A stretch of DNA of 64,000 nt from Squalus acanthias (Eukaryota), in contig CM059432.1 of assembly GCA_030390025.1 (NCBI GenBank), positions 72,914,001 through 72,978,000 on the forward strand. Direction: 5' to 3'. Under the pieces are notes generated by a model, which saw only the letters and a program-made list of their open reading frames with translations, was not told the origin of the DNA and did no database searches. A program made the position numbers and the translations under genes. Position 1 is the first letter of the stretch; each line of letters opens with the position of its first letter. Below, piece after piece: positions 49,726 to 62,320 of this stretch.

Positions 49726-49822
49726 AACAACAGAAAACGCTGGAAAAACTCAGCAGGCCAGGCAGCATCCGTGGAGAGAGAAAGAGAGTTAACGTTTCAG
49801 GTCGATGACCTTTCGTCAGAAC
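49726..49822 (-). mobile_element. PLE family 2 pLTR insertion with a 5-bp TSD
   Basis: TSD gtgac at 49721-25 and 49823-27; homologous to 31645-31719. Confidence 0.85.
49788..49822 (-). ncRNA. Minimal type I hammerhead ribozyme (PLE family 2)
   Basis: Minus strand: gtt-CTGACGA-a-aggtc(atc)gacct-GAAA-cgtt-aac. Confidence 0.85.
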
Positions 49823-52800
49823 GTGACCCCTGGTCCTCCCTAACCCATTTAATTGGAACAAACTGTCAACTGGAAAACAATCTATTCCCTTTAGCATCTT
49901 ATAAACCTCAATCAGATCACCTCTAAGTCTACGCTTCTCTAAAGTGTAGAGTCCCAACTCTTTTAGCCTATCTTGATAACTAAGATGCTTTATACTGGGG
50001 ATTAGACTAATGGCCCTCCTCTGCACCCTTTCCAAAGCCTCAATATGTTAATAGCTAACCTGCCTCTCCAGAGGGGGGTTTACACGCAACCAGCCAAACC
50101 CGCCTGAGTTAAACCTGGAAGACGGTGCTTTGGAGCCACCTTCCGGACGCAAATGTATTTTCGGCCACTTTAACCCCCCCACCTGCACCTAAAGCCATGA
50201 GCTGCTCTGTGGTAAAATTTCCCCCCCCGCCCCCTCACAGCAGCTGAGTCTTACAGTGTAGTCCTGTGGAGTAGCGTAGTCTTGACGTCCAGAGAAGTCC
50301 AGGAATTTGGAAGCCAAATTTGAGCAAAGATTCAGTGCTCACTGATGAAAACAAAGAGCAGGCATAGTCGATGGATGGGCAGTGGGCCCAGGTAACTTTA
50401 AACTTGTAGTTAACTTGTAGTTAGGGCTAAAATTCACCCACTATTAGAGCAAGGGGAACTTAAACAGTGGAAGACAGGAGATTGGGGGAGAAAGGGCAAA
50501 GGATGGCAATGGATGGCTAAGGATAGAGTTGCACACCAACTCTGGGGAGCTGCCAGCCTTGGAGTTATGTCCCATGGCAGATACAGCAGGGAAGTAACGG
50601 CATCAAACCTATGTCCTGCCACTCTGTAGCACTGTACATTTGTGATCTTTTGATAATAATTGACTGCAATAAGATGTTACAGTCCTAAGCAAAGTACCTT
50701 GGCACCTTACTCACTCATGGTAATGTATCCAGAGACCTGGCCCATTTTCAGTTAAAACATTTCTGCTCCAGCCTCAACTTCCAGAAATTAGACATGAGTC
50801 ACAACGTTCTAACAATCAAGCATTACTTTTGAATTCAATGAAAGGGGGTTTATAGAACAGAAAATTGTGGGTGTACCAAGAATTGCATTTCAATATATCA
50901 GAAATGACTGGGGTTAGAATAATTAGACTGACAACCTAAGGAATCAGTGACCTTCTTAGATCTCAGCTCCAACACATACTTCAACCAAAATATCATTATT
51001 ACTAGACAACCGAGGAGACCATTTTATTTAATGGATGTAATGCATGAAAGAACATTAAAGTAGCAGCAACTTCAAATTTGCTACAACTCCTTCTTATTGC
51101 ACAGTGAGATGCCTCAGCTAACATTGGAGCATGTCCTGATAGTTATCAGGAATGAAAGACCCATATGTCTCTGCAGGGGAAGGTGGCACTAAACAGAAAA
51201 CAGGTCACCACTACCAGAGAGGACCTGTTATAATCCACAAAGTGATCCTGTTTGAAGAAAGGGCTGTAATGTTGCAACAACGTGACATCAGAGAGGTGGC
51301 AGGAGGTGCTCAAGTGGGCAAGTCCCTACTGAGGATTCTCTTACCTTCTCTCCCTGCCAATCCTAGTAATTGTCAAAGATTATGTCAACTTTGATGACTG
51401 TCCCTGGCAGATTATGATACAGATAGATACTTACCTTAACTTCATTCTGCATTTGCTTTTATAATTGTCCTTCTTTAAGTCTTCACAGGAACAGCACAGT
51501 AAGTAGATCTGGCACCCTGTCATGATTCCAAGATTGACATGCAGCAACCCAGTTACATCTACCCCAGGGAGATATAGATAAGAGTATTTGGGAAACACTG
51601 AAGTGGAGTCACTGAGCACAGGGGAGCAGGAGCAAAAGTTGCAGGAGAAGGATGAAGAGGAAGCCCCTTGGGTGAGGCAGAGGGCACCTCCTCCAGCAGC
51701 TGCAGGGGCAATAGACTGAGAACTCCAAGGCCATACTTACAAAAGAATAATGATAACAGAGCATGATGGATTGTTGCTGTCACTGGGTGATGTGCCCAGC
51801 AGCTTTCAATGGAAAAGAAAATCAGGCGTGGTGTAAAACGGGCTGCCGATTCGCTATGAACCCATTGTGTGATTTCACCCCTGAAGAGTCCACATTCTGT
51901 TTGTGTGATGTTATGATGCACAGCACATTTAGAATGAGTCACAGCTCTAGGGCCATTTGCGGTGTAGCTCATTATAGCTTTGGCCTTGTTGCCAGTCTTA
52001 GGATCTCTTATGAATGCTTGGACTGCTGCAATACAGGTCTTTGGCTGCATTGTGGACAGACTCACAGAAGAGGTTGCTTAAACCAGGAGGGACATAATGG
52101 TTACCTGTTCAAAGCCACTCCCATCATGGCATCTGTCAACTCAGATCGACAGACAGTGGCAGAGAGGATCAGACAGTGGATGTTGATGCTGTCTCCAGAA
52201 GGCTCTACTTCAACAGCTATCAACCTAACCCCTTCACTACACAGGGACCTGAAAGCAGGCAGGGCCAGGTTGTTCCTGCAGCAGCAGTTGAACTGCAGCT
52301 TGAAGCTGGCCCATCTGATGTGTAGAGCTCACAGAGATCGAGAGCCACCACAGTCCAGGACCTTGCTCCCATCTTCCTGGTTTTCTCCTGCCTCAGGGGA
52401 ACCATTTAGATAAAGCACCAGACTAGTTAACCATGCACAAAAGACACCCACTGTTAGAAACGTGAAGCACTGTGGTGGAAAGAATTAAGAATTAGATGCT
52501 TGTGCAATAAATTTGTTGGCTGCAAATTATGCTTTGTGCAAAGCCCCATTATTGTTACTGGGAGTTGAGGTTATTGTAGTAGGTCGAATGATAGTAAGAG
52601 GGACTGGATGGATTCAGAATTGGTTTTCCAAAGATGTCTTTATTGTAGAAGAAGATAAAGGATGGAATGTAGGGGTTCTACTGGATGATGCAGTAACTGG
52701 AAGGTTTCCAGGATGAGATTTCTCTGCATGCTTCGGCCATTAGAAGCCTTTCTTCTCTCTGGCCTGTTTGGAGCCTTGTCTTCCTCAACTACCATATTAT

Positions 52801-53291
52801 CCTGTTCATCTCCTGTCCACTCCACTTCTTGCTCATCAAGGTGGATTTCCTTGTAAAGTGCTATATTGTGAAGCATACAGTGTGCCTCTATGATCCTGGT
52901 TACTTTCCCCAGATTATCTTGCAGCACGCCCATGGAATTAAGCATTGAATCCTCTGCTTCAGAATGTTCTCAGTGATCATTCTAGTAGAAGTAAGAGCTT
53001 CGTTATATAGCTTCCCTGCATCAAAAGATGGAGCCTGCAGGGTATTATTAACCACAGCAACAGTGGTCCTCTAGCAACCAACCCTTTAACCTTTGCCCTT
53101 CTGTAATGATGGATTGTCTAAGCCTGAGGATGAAGGCATCATGTGAGCTGTCAAGGATCCTAGCACTCACCTGCATAATTCTGTGTCGGTGATCACATAC
53201 ACTACCTGGACATTAATGGAGTAGTACCGCTTTAGATTCATGTAGGCCACCATGCTCTTATCAATCAACTCTGTGAAAGCTAGTGAGTTAG

Positions 53292-56200
53292 CATAAGAAC
53301 ATAAGAACATGAGAAATAGGAGCAGGAGTAGGCCGTTTGGCCCTTCGAGCCAGCTCCGCCATTCAATAAGATCATGGCTGATCTTTTACCTCATCTCCAC
53401 TTTCCTGCACTATCCCCATATCCCTTGATTCCCTTAATATTCAAAAATCTATCGCTCTCTGTCTGGAATATACTCAACGACTGAGCCTCCATTGCCCTCT
53501 GGGGTAGAGAATTCCAAAGATTCACCACCCTCTGAGTGAAGAAATTTCTCCTCATCTCAGTCCTAAATGGCCGACCCCTTATTCTGAGAGTGTGACCCCT
53601 GGTTCTAAACTCACCAGCCAGGGGAAACATCCTCCCTGCATCTACCCTGTCAAGCCCTGTAAGAATTTTGTATGTTTCAATGAGATCACCTCTCATTCTT
53701 CTAAACTCTAGAGAATATAGGCCTAGTCTACTCAATCTCTCCTCATAGGACACTCCCCCCATCCCAGGAACCAGTCTAGTGAGCCTTCATTTCACTCCCT
53801 CTATGGCAAGTATATCCTTCCTTAGGTAAGGAGACCAAAACTGTACACAATACTACAGGTGTGGTCTTACCAGGGCCCTATATAATTGCAGTAAGACATC
53901 TTTACTCTTATACTCAAATCCTCTTGTAATAAAGGCCAACATACCATTTGCTTTCCTAATTGCTTGCTGTACCTGCATGTTAACTTTCAGTGATTCGTGT
54001 ACAAGGACACCCAGGTCCCTCTGAACACCAACATTTCCCAATCTCTCACCATTTAAAAAATACACTGCTTTTCTATTTTTCCCACCAAAATGGATAACTC
54101 CATTTGCCATGTTCTTGCCTGTCTATATCCCCTTGAAGCCTCCTTGCACCCTCCTCACAACTTACATTCCCACCCAGCTTTGTATCATCAGCAAACTTGG
54201 ATATATTACATTTGGTCCCCTCATCCAAATTGATGTAGATTGTGAATAGCTGAGGTCCAAGCATTGATCCTTGTGGTAACCCACTAGTTACAGCCTGCCA
54301 ACCCGAAAATGACCCGTTTTTTCCTACTCTCTGTTATCTGTCCGTTAACCAATCCTGAGTCCACGCTAGCATATTACCCCCAATCCCATGAGCCCTAATT
54401 TTGTTTAATAACCTCTTGTGTGGCAACTTATCGAATGCCTTCTGAAAATCCAAATACACCACATTCACTGGTTCCCCCTTATCTATTCTGCTAGTTACAA
54501 CCTCAAAAAACTCCAACAGATTTGTCAAACACGATTTCCCTTTCATAAATCCGTGTTGACTCTGGCCAATCCTATTATTATTTTCTAAGTGCCCTGTTAC
54601 CACGTCCTTAATAATAGATTCTAGCATTTTCCCTACTACTGATGTCAGGTTAACAGGTCTGCAGTTCCCCGTTTTCTCTCTCCCTCCTTTCTTAAATAGT
54701 GGGGTTACATTTGCTACCTTCCAATCCGCGGGAACCGTTCTAGAATCTATGGAATTTTGGAAAATGACAACCAATGCATCCACTATCTCTATAGCCACCT
54801 CTTTCAAAATCATAGGATGTAGGCCATCAGGTCCAGGGGATTTATCAGCTTTCAGTCCCATTAATTTCTCCAGTAATATTTTTTGACTAATATTATATTC
54901 TTTCAGTTCCTCATTCTCGCTAGAGCCTTGGTTCTCCACTATTTCCGGGAAGTTTTTTGCGTCTTCTTCCGGGAAGACAGACACAAAGGGCTGGATTTTA
55001 CTTACTGAGACGAGTTGGGGGCGGGACTGCTGCCTTCCGGGTTCTAGTCCTGCCCCCAGCGACGTCTGACGAACTGACGCTATTTTTTCCTGATTGGCCT
55101 TATTAAGCCCGCCCTGCGGGTTTGCTGGCCAATGAAGGGATAGCCGATGTCAGTTGATGATGCTTCATCTGCCGGTTTTCTTAAAGGCATATGCACCACA
55201 CTTGTTTGACAGATGAATTGACAGTATTTGACAGCATGGAGGTGCTGTCAAACACTGACAATCACTGTCCAAAGGTGAGACCTTGTACCCAGGCTCTCCA
55301 ATTACTCTCTCCTTAGGATAAAACAGATGGCAGCTGCAGCTGAGATTGCAGAAGCCATCTGTCACTTCTCCCGATGAGATGAGGCTACATAAACACTTCA
55401 CCCCTTGTCACCTGCAGAAACATCTAAACACATTAAACATTACTTTCATAACATTTCCTTACCTCTGATACAAACCATTGTCACTTTGCATCCTTCACAT
55501 CAATTCTGCAGCTGTCATCCAAACAGCAACATAACAACAGACCCATAGCACGCCTCACTTACCCTGGCGGGGTTCAACGACGTCGGGAAGCCCGCAGCAG
55601 AAGGCTCAAAATGGGAAAAAACCTCTTAACTGCCTGTTAACTACCTGTTAACAGGCAGTTAAGTGGCTATAATCCTCTTCCTGCCACTAGGAGTCGGGTC
55701 CCTGCGCAAATCGGGTACCCGACTCCTGGGAAGATTGGTTGGAGGCGGGTTGGAAGTGGGTTCAGGACCCGCTCCCATTTAAAAAAAAATTCCCAGCAGT
55801 CCTGCCTCCAAACCCACCTCCTCAGGGCTGGTAAAATCCAGCCCAATGTATTTGTTTAATTTCTCCGCCATTTCCTTATTCCCCATTATAATTTCTCCTG
55901 TCTCAGCCTGTAAGGAACCCACATTTACTTTTGCTAATCATTTCCTTTTTACATGCCTATAGAAGCTTTTACAGTCTGTTTTATGTCTCTCGCTAGTTTA
56001 CTCTCATATTCTATTTTCCCTTTCTTTATCAATTTCTTGGTCCTCCTTTGCTTAATTCTAAAATCCTCCCAATCCTCAGGCTTACTACTCCTTTTGGCAA
56101 CATCATAAGCCTCTTCCTTTGATTTAATACTATCTTTAACTTCTCTTGTTATCCACGGTTGGACCACGTTTCCTGTGGGGTTTTTGTGCCTTAAAGGAAT

Positions 56201-56505
56201 GTATATTTGTTGTAAATTATGTATTAATTCTTTAAATGCTAGCAATTGCTTCTCTACCGTCATACCTTTTAATGTAGTTTCCAATCTACCTTTGCCAACT
56301 CGCCCCTCATACCTACGTAGTTTGCTTTGTTTAGATTTAAGACCCTAGTTTCGGACTTAACTAAATCACTTTCAAACTGAATATAAAATTCTATCATATT
56401 ATGGTTACCCTTCCCTAAAGGCCCCTTTACTACAAAGTTATTAATTAACCCTTTCTCATTGCACAATACTAGATCTAAAATAGCCTGTTCCCTAGTTGGT
56501 TCCTC
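53292..56505 (-). mobile_element. CR1 LINE (EN C-terminus, RT, tail) carrying a MITE
   Basis: ORF pieces 56269-56556, 55949-56284, 54334-54984 and 53391-53762; (ttatgttc)n tail. Confidence 0.92.
54988..55844 (+). mobile_element. Harbinger MITE
   Basis: Perfect 14-bp TIR gggctggattttac / gtaaaatccagccc; flanks aaa/aat. Confidence 0.92.
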
Positions 56506-57817
56506 AGCAGAAGCCAAGTGTACATGTTTGCTGCTTCCTGGCATCAATGGAAGCACCTATACACGGCTTGTACAAGTTAATGTCTCCGGTGCCCCCCTGA
56601 AACCCTCCAGTGGTGTAGGAATTGACTGCTATGGTGATCTTTACTGACACTGACAGTTCAACAGAAACTCAGGACCATGGTTTCAGGTCCTCTTTCAGTA
56701 GGTGACTCAACCTTCTAACACCGAGCCTCTGGGGGCAATGCTCTTACTAAGGTTCATGTCCATTGGGGTTTATAAACTCACTCGGTTGGGTGCTTTCCTC
56801 CTCTGGTGCTGCCTTACTGCTGTTGCATCCAAAAGAGCATCCCGGTCATCCTCCTCTGCCTCCATATAGCACAAGTATAGAGAGATTCCAAAGGGGCAAA
56901 TCTTGCAGCTTTGACAGTCCTCGCTGCAATGAAAATCTTTGAGAGAAACCCTTTAAGATCTGGAATAGCAACAAAACGGTGACGTTTTCTCAGAATTCTC
57001 GCTGACTCGGACCTCACAGCACGCAAAAAGCTCCTTGTTTTTTGCTAGTTCATGACCTCCAATTGTTGCTAGGAAAGGGATTTAGGTTGCAGTTCTTTCT
57101 GACGTCATTATCGTGACAAGACTTAATTGATTTGGACACCTGTGCCTCCTTCAAGTGCAGCACTGTGGAACCTTGCCAGATGAGGACAGGAAGCTCATGC
57201 ACAGTTCAATGGGAGCGGAGATCCAGTGTTACAGCGCTCTACCGATATGTCCAGTTGGCTGCACCACCCATTCAGGTACCCCTGGGATGCTATACCCAGG
57301 AAAGTTGGTCCTCTGGTTTTTAGTTATAAAAAGTCTACTATTTATTAAATATCAATTGCAGAATTGTAAAAAAAAGTTTCTTCATTCAGATTATATTTCA
57401 TATTAACCATAAAGTGTATAGAAATAGAATTATGTTGGTACAAACATAATTTAATTCTGCCCAATACTAAGAAACCATAGCATAGAAGTTTTATTGGTGT
57501 TATTAGCACATAGAGGGGGAGAAATTGGCAAACGATCGAAAACAGGCATGGGGATCAATGTGCGCGAATTAAACCGCGCCCGTTTATTGTGTTGCAGGCA
57601 GCACATTGGTGTTGCCTGCTCTTTGACACGATTTCTGCGTGAAGCCAACGATACCCACACTGTTCATTGGCTGCACACATCAGCAGGAGGCCCGATATCG
57701 CGAATGCCTAGCGTTACTTAAAGGCAGCCTGCACCTCTTAAAGGGGAGGTGCATTGTGGCTGCAAGATGTGATGGGAGATTTTTCAAAAGGCAATCTGGG
57801 CTGTGATACTTTGAGCA

Positions 57818-59646
57818 ATGGCTGAACATGTGAGAGAGCGAGCATCAAGGTTTTCAGACACTGTACTGGAGGTCTTGGTGGAGGAGATGGAAAGAAGGAG
57901 AGACATCCTGTATCTGCAGGAGCCCCTCCAGATAGATGCTCAGGAGGCAGTGGGAAGAAATAGCAGAGGAGGTCAATGCCAGGAGTGTTGCTGCAAGAAC
58001 ATGGATGCAGTGCAGGAAGAAATATAATGACCTGACATGAGTTGTCATGGTGAATGAGTTCATTTTTAAATGGCATATCCTACCAACTGCCCCACTCGCC
58101 TCATCCACTGCTTAATTCACTACACCTCCATCACCCACCTACCAACAATCTCTATCAATCAATACTCAGCCCTTCAATTCATATGCTTTACCTCACACAC
58201 TTAGCACTGTTGTAAGTCTTGCACCCATAACTCACAGCTCGCACACACTGGCAGCTATTTAACCATGACAGCCACATCACCCAAACATATTGCAGGACAC
58301 TCACTGACATACTTCCCTCTTTCTTACAGGAGAAGGTGGCACATAACAGCAGGCAGCAGCAAAGAACTGCAGGACAAGCAGCCTGCATGTTTTAACCCCC
58401 ATGGAGAAGGCAGTACTGGCTATCATGGGAAGGGGCATTGCTGAGGCCGTGGCCACTGGTGGGGCTGAAGCGGTCGATGCATACTTAATCCCTCTTCTCT
58501 CATCCCACTTCTCCCTCATCCAACAATCTCTTCTGACTTAGAAGCTGCAGATGGTGTAAGCATGCATTTCTTACTTTCTCCTCTCCCCTCACCCAACACT
58601 TGTCCCTTTTTCATTTCAGATACCCAAGAACTGGAGCCGTCTTAGTCAATGGAGGAAGAGGAAGATAAAGAGCCACCATCACTCGATCTTACACTCGCAG
58701 TCACCAGCTCAGACATTGACACTGCATGTATTTTAGAGGCTAGGATAGAGGAGGGATCGGCACGTGATGAGACACCGGGCAAAATGTGCGCAGGAGCCAG
58801 GGCGGAGGGAAAGGATAGAGCAGGTGTCAGCTTGCCAGAGGGCGAGGTCGCACACTAGTTCTGCTATAGAGGAGTCAGATGAGGACTTTGATGGGCCAAA
58901 CTACTGAAGAAGGTTGATTGGTATACACACCCAAATGCTTGGTGCACTGGAAACCTTGCCAGAAAGCCTGAACTCAATGTCAAGGAGCATGGAGGAGTCC
59001 AGCACCAAATTGGCACCGGGCTTTGCACAGACTTGGAGGCTTGGAGCCCATCCTTTCCAACATGGTCACCTCCATCAGCACACCTGTGGAATCCACCATG
59101 ATCCAGCGTCCAATGGCCAATGTCACAGCTTCCATTGCAGCACAAACAGCTTCCATTAAAGGTCTGAGTGCTGAAGTAGGAGCTCAGACTGCTGCCTTCA
59201 TGGTTCTGGATACCACTGTTCAAAGGGGCCTCCAGGGTGTCACAGCAGTCCATCAATCTGTTCTCCAACAGATCAGTAGGATTACTGAGGCGCCGCCCCG
59301 GGAGAGTGGCAGTGGCTCCGTGGAGCATGAACCTGCTGTCCTCTCTCAGGATGACAGCATTAGTGATCCCACCCCTGCCACTCCGCCAGTGCCCTTGCTG
59401 CTGCCTGTCAGCCAGCCAGCCCAGACTGCTGCAGCCCAGGCCGAGATGGTGCAGTCTGAAGCCGGGTCTTCTAAGCCCAGAGCTCCTCGAGGTTGTCCTC
59501 CAAGGCCATCCGCAGTCTCCTCAATTGGAGGTCAGCAGCATTCCACTACACATGCTGCAGCCACTGCGGAAGCACCTCTTAGGAACACTAGGAGAGGCAG
59601 AGGCACATGGAAGACAGGCTCTAAGAGAATGCACAAGGGTGATTAG
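57818..59646 (+). pseudogene. Harbinger Myb/SANT-like gene, 3 exons, disrupted
   Basis: MAEHVRERASRFSDTVLEVLVEEMERRRDILY..WEEIAEEVNA..RTWMQCRKKYNDL; donor at 58050; acceptors before 58330 (EKVAHN) and 58620. Confidence 0.8.
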
Positions 59647-59789
59647 TTTATTTTTGGATGCATTATGTAATAATTGATTTTCTAAATTTGGATTGCAAAG
59701 TGCATTTCTGCTGGGTTTTATTTTTGTGTTGTTGGAAAGAGGACGATGTGATGGTCAGTGACAGAAGAGCGTGGCACTGTTCGTGTACG

Positions 59790-61046
59790 GGGAGATGTGA
59801 TTGAGGTTATTGGTATCGCTCATGAATTATTTGGTCATGTAGAGCCCAGGCAGAAAGGGGCTGTCTACGTTTTAACCTCCCTTCCTCTTCCCCCCCTCCT
59901 CCTCCTCCTCCTCTTCCTCGTCCTCCTGCTCCTCAGCTTCTTGCCTAATAGATGGTGGCAAGGGCTGTACCCTCATAATGGCAAAGTTGTGTAGCATGCA
60001 GCATACTACCCCAAACGTTGATACCCGCTCAGCTGAGTACTACAGGGCTCCTCCAGAGCAGTCCAGGCAGCGGAAGCATCGCTTGAAGACACCGGTGGTG
60101 TGCTCTATAATGTTGCTTGTGGCAGCATAGCTCCCATTATAGGCCTGTGCATGTGTGCGTGGGTTCTGGACTGGAGTCATGAGCCATGTAATGAGCGGAT
60201 AAACCTTGTCGCCCAGTCTTTGACTTGTCATGGTGGGTCAAATACAGCTGGCACAGAATGAAGGAATCATGACTACTGCCTGGATAACTGGCGTTCACCT
60301 GCATGATGCACTGCTTGTGGTCGCACACAATGTTCCCCATTCACAGTTTGGCGCATGTGCAAAAGTTAACTTGGGAAGAGCCGGTCCCGGGCTGTGCAGG
60401 ACCGGCAGAAAGCTGTGTGGCCACGGAGCTTAGAGGGAATGTTGGTCGCACACCAGCTGCACATTGAGGGAGTGGAATCCCTGTCGGTTCAGGAAAATGG
60501 CCGAGCTCAAATGAGGTGCAAATGACACCCTGCACCATGGGGAAGCCTGAATCTGAGCAAACCCTGGTGCTCGCTCTGCCTGCATGTCTCTGGCAAGAGG
60601 GAATGAGATGAAGCTGTCTCTCTCTCTGTACAGAGAGCCTCAGTGAACTTCCTTATGCAGCAGTGCACTGCAAACTGCAAGAAGTTGCTTATATCTCCAA
60701 CAGCAGCCTGGAAGGAGCCCAATGCATGAAAGTTAAGAGCCACGGTCACCTTGACAGCCACAGGCAATGTTGTCCTTGCCCTGCTTTGAGGTTGCAGTTG
60801 CGGCTGCAGCAGTTGTCAGATTTCAGTCACAACCTCTTTAGGGAAGTGAACACGTCTCAAGCATTGGTCCTCGCTGAAGTTCAGGTAAGAAAATTGCTCC
60901 CTAAAGACTCTCTGCGGATATGACCTTCTGCTGAGAGCCCTTCTCCCCCTCCTCCCTCTTCTAGCAGCTTGTCCTGCTCTGCGTGGCCTCTCTTCATTCT
61001 CCCAGTCATGCTCAATTCCAAGAGGAAGGCCTACCAGGCCAGCTAT
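59790..61046 (-). pseudogene. Harbinger DDE transposase (HARBI1-like), disrupted
   Basis: PVAVKVTVALNFHALGSFQ, GFHSLNVQLVCD, ASYPGSSHDSFIL, LGDKVYPL, IEHTTGVFKRCFRCLD and CCMLHNFA motifs. Confidence 0.9.
60328..60444. mobile_element. hAT-type MITE (117 bp)
   Basis: Perfect 8-bp TSD gtcgcaca (60320-27 and 60445-52); TIRs caatgttccc / gggaatgttg. Confidence 0.8.
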
Positions 61047-62115
61047 GTCTGGAAGTAATGAACAAAAAATACTTCAGCACCAGCCAGACTACTCCCTGTA
61101 GACTATTCAAACTTTAGGCAATTATGGGAAATTTCCAAAAACACATGCAATTGCACCAGCAGTCGGAAGAAATAATCCAGCAACTAACTAGTAAGTAGCT
61201 TGTGATTCCTTTAAATAGCGTTGGTGGGGGGTCCATCATGCCGTTTAATGTTGTGTTCAGTTGTGTGAGGTTAAGACAGGGCGTAGGCTGTAGCATGGCA
61301 TTTGAAAATGGCAGTGTTGGCGTCAAATCAGTGTTGCACAATGACTGACATTATAATCTGCCTGCTCTGCATGCTGCCGGCAGTCATTTGGTGCACGCAC
61401 AAACCCCTTTACCAAGATGGTGTCCGGCGTACAATGTTGTGAAGAATAGTGGAAGGCCAGAGGATTGGGAAATTTTTAAAAACCAGCAAAGGACGACTAA
61501 AAAAAATGATAAAGAGAGAGAAGCTTATGAGAGTAAGCTAGCAAGAAATATTAAAAGACAGTAAGAGCTTCTACAGTTATATAAAAAGGAAGAGAGTAGC
61601 TAAAGTAAACGTTGGTCCCCTAGAGGATGAGTCTGGGGAATGAATAATGGGAAACAGGGAAATAGCGGAGACTTTGAACAAATATTTTGTATCGGTCTTC
61701 ACGGTAGAAGACACTAAAAGCATCCCAATAATGGATAATCAAGGGGCTATTGGGGTGGGGGTGGGGGTGGGGAACTTAAAACAATCACTATCACTAGATA
61801 AAAAGTACTAGGCAAACTAATGGGACTAAAGGTGGACAAGTCTCCTGGACCCGATGGCCTGCATCCTAGGATCTTAAAAGGGGTGGCTGCAGAGATAGTG
61901 GATGCATTGGTTGTAATCTACCAAAATTCCCTGGATTCTGGAGAGGTCCCAGCGGATTGGAAAACCGCAAATGTAATGCCCCTATTTAAGAAAGGAGGGA
62001 GACAGAAAGCAGGCAACTATAGACCAGTTAGCCTAACATCTGTCATTGGGAAAATGCTGGAGTCCATTATTAAGGAAGTGGTAGCAGGACATTTAGAAAA
62101 TCATAATATAGTCAA

Positions 62116-62320
62116 ATGTGAGAAGTCGCACAACACCAGGTTATAGTCTAACCGCTATATTTGAAATCACAAGCTTTCGGAGCGCTGCTCCTTCGTCAGG
62201 TGAAGGAGCAGCGCTCCGAAAGCTTGTGATTTCAAATAAAGCTGTTGGACTATAACCTGGTGTTGTGCGACTTCTCACATTTGTCCACCCCAGTCCAACA
62301 CCGGCATCTCCACATCATGG
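62116..62320 (-). mobile_element. Mini PLE insertion: pLTR plus inverted pLTR with tail; 13-bp TSD
   Basis: TSD ataatatagtcaa at 62103-15 and 62321-33; roughly 85-bp inverted repeat. Confidence 0.92.
62167..62203 (-). ncRNA. Minimal type I hammerhead ribozyme (PLE family 1)
   Basis: Reverse complement is identical to 26544-26580. Confidence 0.9.

Larger units (their letters stand above)
49276..50045 (-). mobile_element. CR1 3' end of a distinct subfamily with a long 3'UTR
   Basis: ERVQRRAISLIP..LEKRRLRGDLIEVYK..RTRGH; (gtatgttc)n tail. Confidence 0.85.
51150..56900. mobile_element. Decayed Harbinger element (Myb-gene exons on +, transposase on -), split by a CR1; boundaries uncertain
   Basis: Minus strand 52690-53250 reads YYSINVQVVCDH..SHDAFIL..HCMLHNIAL; minus strand ~56780 reads RVYKP; plus strand ~51180 reads KVALNRKQVTTTRGGP. 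Confidence 0.7.

Noticed and set aside
59790..61046. Host HARBI1 or NAIF1 genes
   Set aside because: Stops, frameshifts, TIRs and multiple diverged copies indicate transposon relics.
62113..62290. CRISPR-like repeat or microRNA hairpin
   Set aside because: Explained by an inverted PLE pLTR with a TSD; no repeat-spacer array, and the context is eukaryotic.
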